Source of the DNA: Patellaria atrata CBS 101060
Lineage: Eukaryota
Assembly: GCA_010093705.1 (NCBI GenBank)
Contig: MU006094.1
Location: forward strand, 1,401,550 to 1,465,549
Direction: 5' to 3'
Length of the DNA: 64,000 nt
The translations under genes and the position numbers were made by a program. The notes under the pieces were generated by a model. That model was not told the DNA's origin. It was given only the letters and a program-made list of their open reading frames with translations, and searched no databases. Shown here piece by piece: positions 61,281 to 64,000 of the stretch. Numbering within the stretch: the first letter of the stretch is position 1; every line of letters starts with the position of its first letter.

Positions 61281-64000
61281 ATGGGTCTTCTTGGGGCATT
61301 CAAAAGTGAAAAGTCTTCCAAACAACCGTCACCACAGAACTCTCGGCCCGTCTCTGAGTTCAACGAAAAGTTAGATCTCCCACCCTCTCGGCCATCATAC
61401 AATGGCAAGCATACACCTCCGGTATCAAGCAGGGCATCCTATGCTGCTTCTACCCATAGCAGTTTTCTCGACGATATTAAACACGAGGTGATGGTAAATT
61501 ACCTATTCCAACAACAATGTACAGCTCTATGGGTAGGGGAAGGTCAAGGAGAATACGAAGGCGTACTGCTCAGGAAGACAAGAGGAAACTACATGGCCTG
61601 CCCGGCACAACTGGCACAGACGCCATTCGCGGCATACTGTGCTGAGATGAATCTACAGGTATATTGACTTTCCCTTTTCTAGACCACGTTTCTGACGTAG
61701 AGTAGGTTGCGATGACTGTGAATTCCCGAATCATCAAGACATTTCTCCAATGGTCGCCAGATGCGGTTGATGTTCCTCTCAACAACGGGTTGCGTGTTCA
61801 GATTCTACCTACCATGGACGACTTGCCCAGAGCGCGGAAGAATCAATTCGCCGCATTCATCGCCGCAGAGTCAATCTTAGTAGTATGGGATGATGACGCG
61901 TTGAACATTATCAAGCGTGCGAAAGCCATTGAAAGCGAACTTATGGACCTGGTGTGGAGGGCAGGAGAACAGGAAGACGAGGAAGATGCTCCCAAAAAAG
62001 GTCCCCGCGTTGTAGACATCGAAATCGACGAGGAAAGCGGCGAATACAAACCCGAGTCCCGGCCAACGAACATTATGAACAGTGTACTCGTCAGCTTTAC
62101 ACTCATCATTGTTACAGTGATGTTGGGTGCTGGATTTAGGCAAATCGCGATTGAGGTCTCCGTCGATCGGGGCTACATCCGGCTAGCCTTCGCCGCTCTT
62201 GTCCCTGTCCAGGTATTCTTCACCTTAGTAAGCCTCTCCCCCATCCTTCCATCTGATGCCTACCTTTAATCGTTATCAAGAGTAAAGCTGACCTCCTTTA
62301 GTTCTTCGCCCAAGTCATTGTAGGGTGTATCGCACAATGCGTTGGACCTGTGCGGCAGATGACCGAGAACTCAAGGTTCTACTCTGCACTACTCCCACGT
62401 CGTCTCACCGGGAAGACGTTACCGCATATCACCATTCAATGCCCTGTTTACAAGGAGGGTTTAGCTTCCGTTATTGCGCCAACTGTCAAATCGATCAAAC
62501 AAGCCATGTCGACGTACGAACTCCAGGGAGGCTCGGCTAACATGTTCATCAACGACGACGGGCTGCAACTGTTGGGCGAAGATGAGCGTCAGGCCAGGAT
62601 CGACTTTTATGCGGACCACTGCATCGGCTGGACGGCACGACCTAAGGATGGTGCAGATGGCTTCGTCCGAAAGGGTAAGTTCAAGAAGGCGTCCAACATG
62701 AATTTTGGGTTGATGTTGTCCAACAACGTCGAGGAGAAGCTGGTTCAGGTACAGCGGACTGAGGATTGGTCCCAAGCCGATGAAGCCTTTGAGTACGAGC
62801 GCTGTTTGAAGGAAGTCGTCGAGGAAAACGGTCGGGCTTGGGCCGATGGTAACATCCGCGTTGGTGATTACATTCTACTCAGTAAGGCTACTCTACGCCC
62901 TTGTGCTACTGGGGCTAACTGGGTTCAGTTGATTCCGACACGCGTGTTCCTGCAGATTGTCTGCTAGATGCCGCAAGTGAGATGGAGCAATCTCCCGAGG
63001 TTGGCATCATGCAATTCTCCAGCGGTGTCATGCAAGTCGTACATACGTACTTTGAGAACGGTATCACCTTCTTCACCAATCTCATCTACACAGCGATCAA
63101 GTACACGGTAAGCAACGGTGATGTTGCGCCTTTTGTCGGCCACAACGCCATCCTGCGGTGGTCTGCCATTCAACAGGTCTCCTTCTTTGACGAAGACGGT
63201 TATGAGAAGTTTTGGTCCGAATCCCACGTATCCGAAGATTTCGACATGTCACTCCGCCTACAGGTTGACGGGTACATCATCCGTCTAGCCGCATGGGCCG
63301 GCGAAGGCTTCAAGGAAGGAGTGTCTCTAACCGTATATGACGAGCTAGCCCGATGGGAAAAGTACGCATACGGTTGCAACGAGCTGCTGTTCCACCCTAT
63401 CCGATTTTGGCTCGTGCGTGGGCCCTTTACGAAACTTTTTCGCACATTCCTATTCAGCAACATCCGTATGACATCCAAGATCACCATTATCAGCTATATT
63501 GGAACCTACTACGCTATTGGCGCCGCTTGGATTATGACCACGGCCAACTATTTTGCTGTAGGCTGGTTTAACGGCTATCTTGACAAGTACTATATCGACT
63601 CTTGGAAGGTATGGTTCAGTATCGTTATTGTCTTTAACGGCTTAGGTAATGTCGCACTTGCGGTTATGAGGTATCGCATCGGCGAGCGCACCTTCTTCGG
63701 CGCCCTACTCGAGAACTTCAAATGGGTTCTTATGCTCGCCATCTTTCTAGGTGGCCTCTCCCTCCACGTCTCCCAGGCACTGCTGGCGCACATGTTCGAG
63801 GTCAACATGGTATGGGGTGCTACAGCTAAGGAAGCGGAGTTCTCCAACTTCTTCATCGAGGTGCCCAAGGTGCTGAAGAAGTTCAAGTTCTCAATTGCTT
63901 TCGCGCTCTTTGGTATTGTCGCTATGGTGGTACTTGCGACGGCTGGCTTTGTGCCGCACGATTGGAAGATTACTGACTTTGTGGCCATTTTGCCCATGGC
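61281..64000 (+). CDS. Multi-pass GT2 glycosyltransferase, processive polysaccharide-synthase-like; truncated by the window end; introns 61659-61705, 62228-62301 and 62882-62928
   Basis: Two N-terminal TMs, IQCPVYKE, NDDG, KKASNMN, IDSD (DxD), FVGHNA, SED, DELARW and several C-terminal TMs. The last exon (62929-64000) stays open to the window end. Confidence 0.92.

Noticed and set aside
29948..64000. Chs4, laccase, ferric reductase, GH16 and GT2 as one cell-wall/melanin or iron-uptake cluster
   Set aside because: The genes are interspersed with unrelated metabolic genes. The oxidase lacks a Fet3-type C-terminal TM, and there is no Ftr1 permease or PKS in the window.

Overview
This window is genomic DNA of a filamentous ascomycete (Pezizomycotina-type genes with short GT-AG introns and CTRAC/CTAAY branch sites). 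It contains no recognisable rRNA, tRNA, CRISPR or intact transposon. About 14 well-supported spliced genes lie in this order: small secreted Cys-rich protein; fatty-acid dioxygenase-cytochrome P450 fusion (Ppo/DOX-CYP); divergent DUF2235/Tle1-like hydrolase; fucose-lectin-like beta-propeller; DenD-like SDR; GH43_24+CBM35 galactanase; POP1; phytase-like secreted protein; Chs4/Skt5; laccase; malate synthase head-to-head with 2-methylcitrate dehydratase; ferric reductase; membrane-anchored GH16; and a processive-type GT2 cut off by the window end. Two small candidate genes are missed by the ORF track. Highlights: (1) the DOX-CYP carries a spliced-on tail of about 340 aa ending in four conserved 'PQSIDDWFFPPESRRDxxxKMPDHLQPPS' repeats, plus a long hydrophobic N-terminal extension; (2) it shares a divergent promoter with a Tle1-like lipase, a candidate oxylipin-producing module; (3) a GH16 + GT2 pair may form an uncharacterised glucan synthesis/remodelling unit. 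All family assignments come from motif recognition by eye; no database searches were run.
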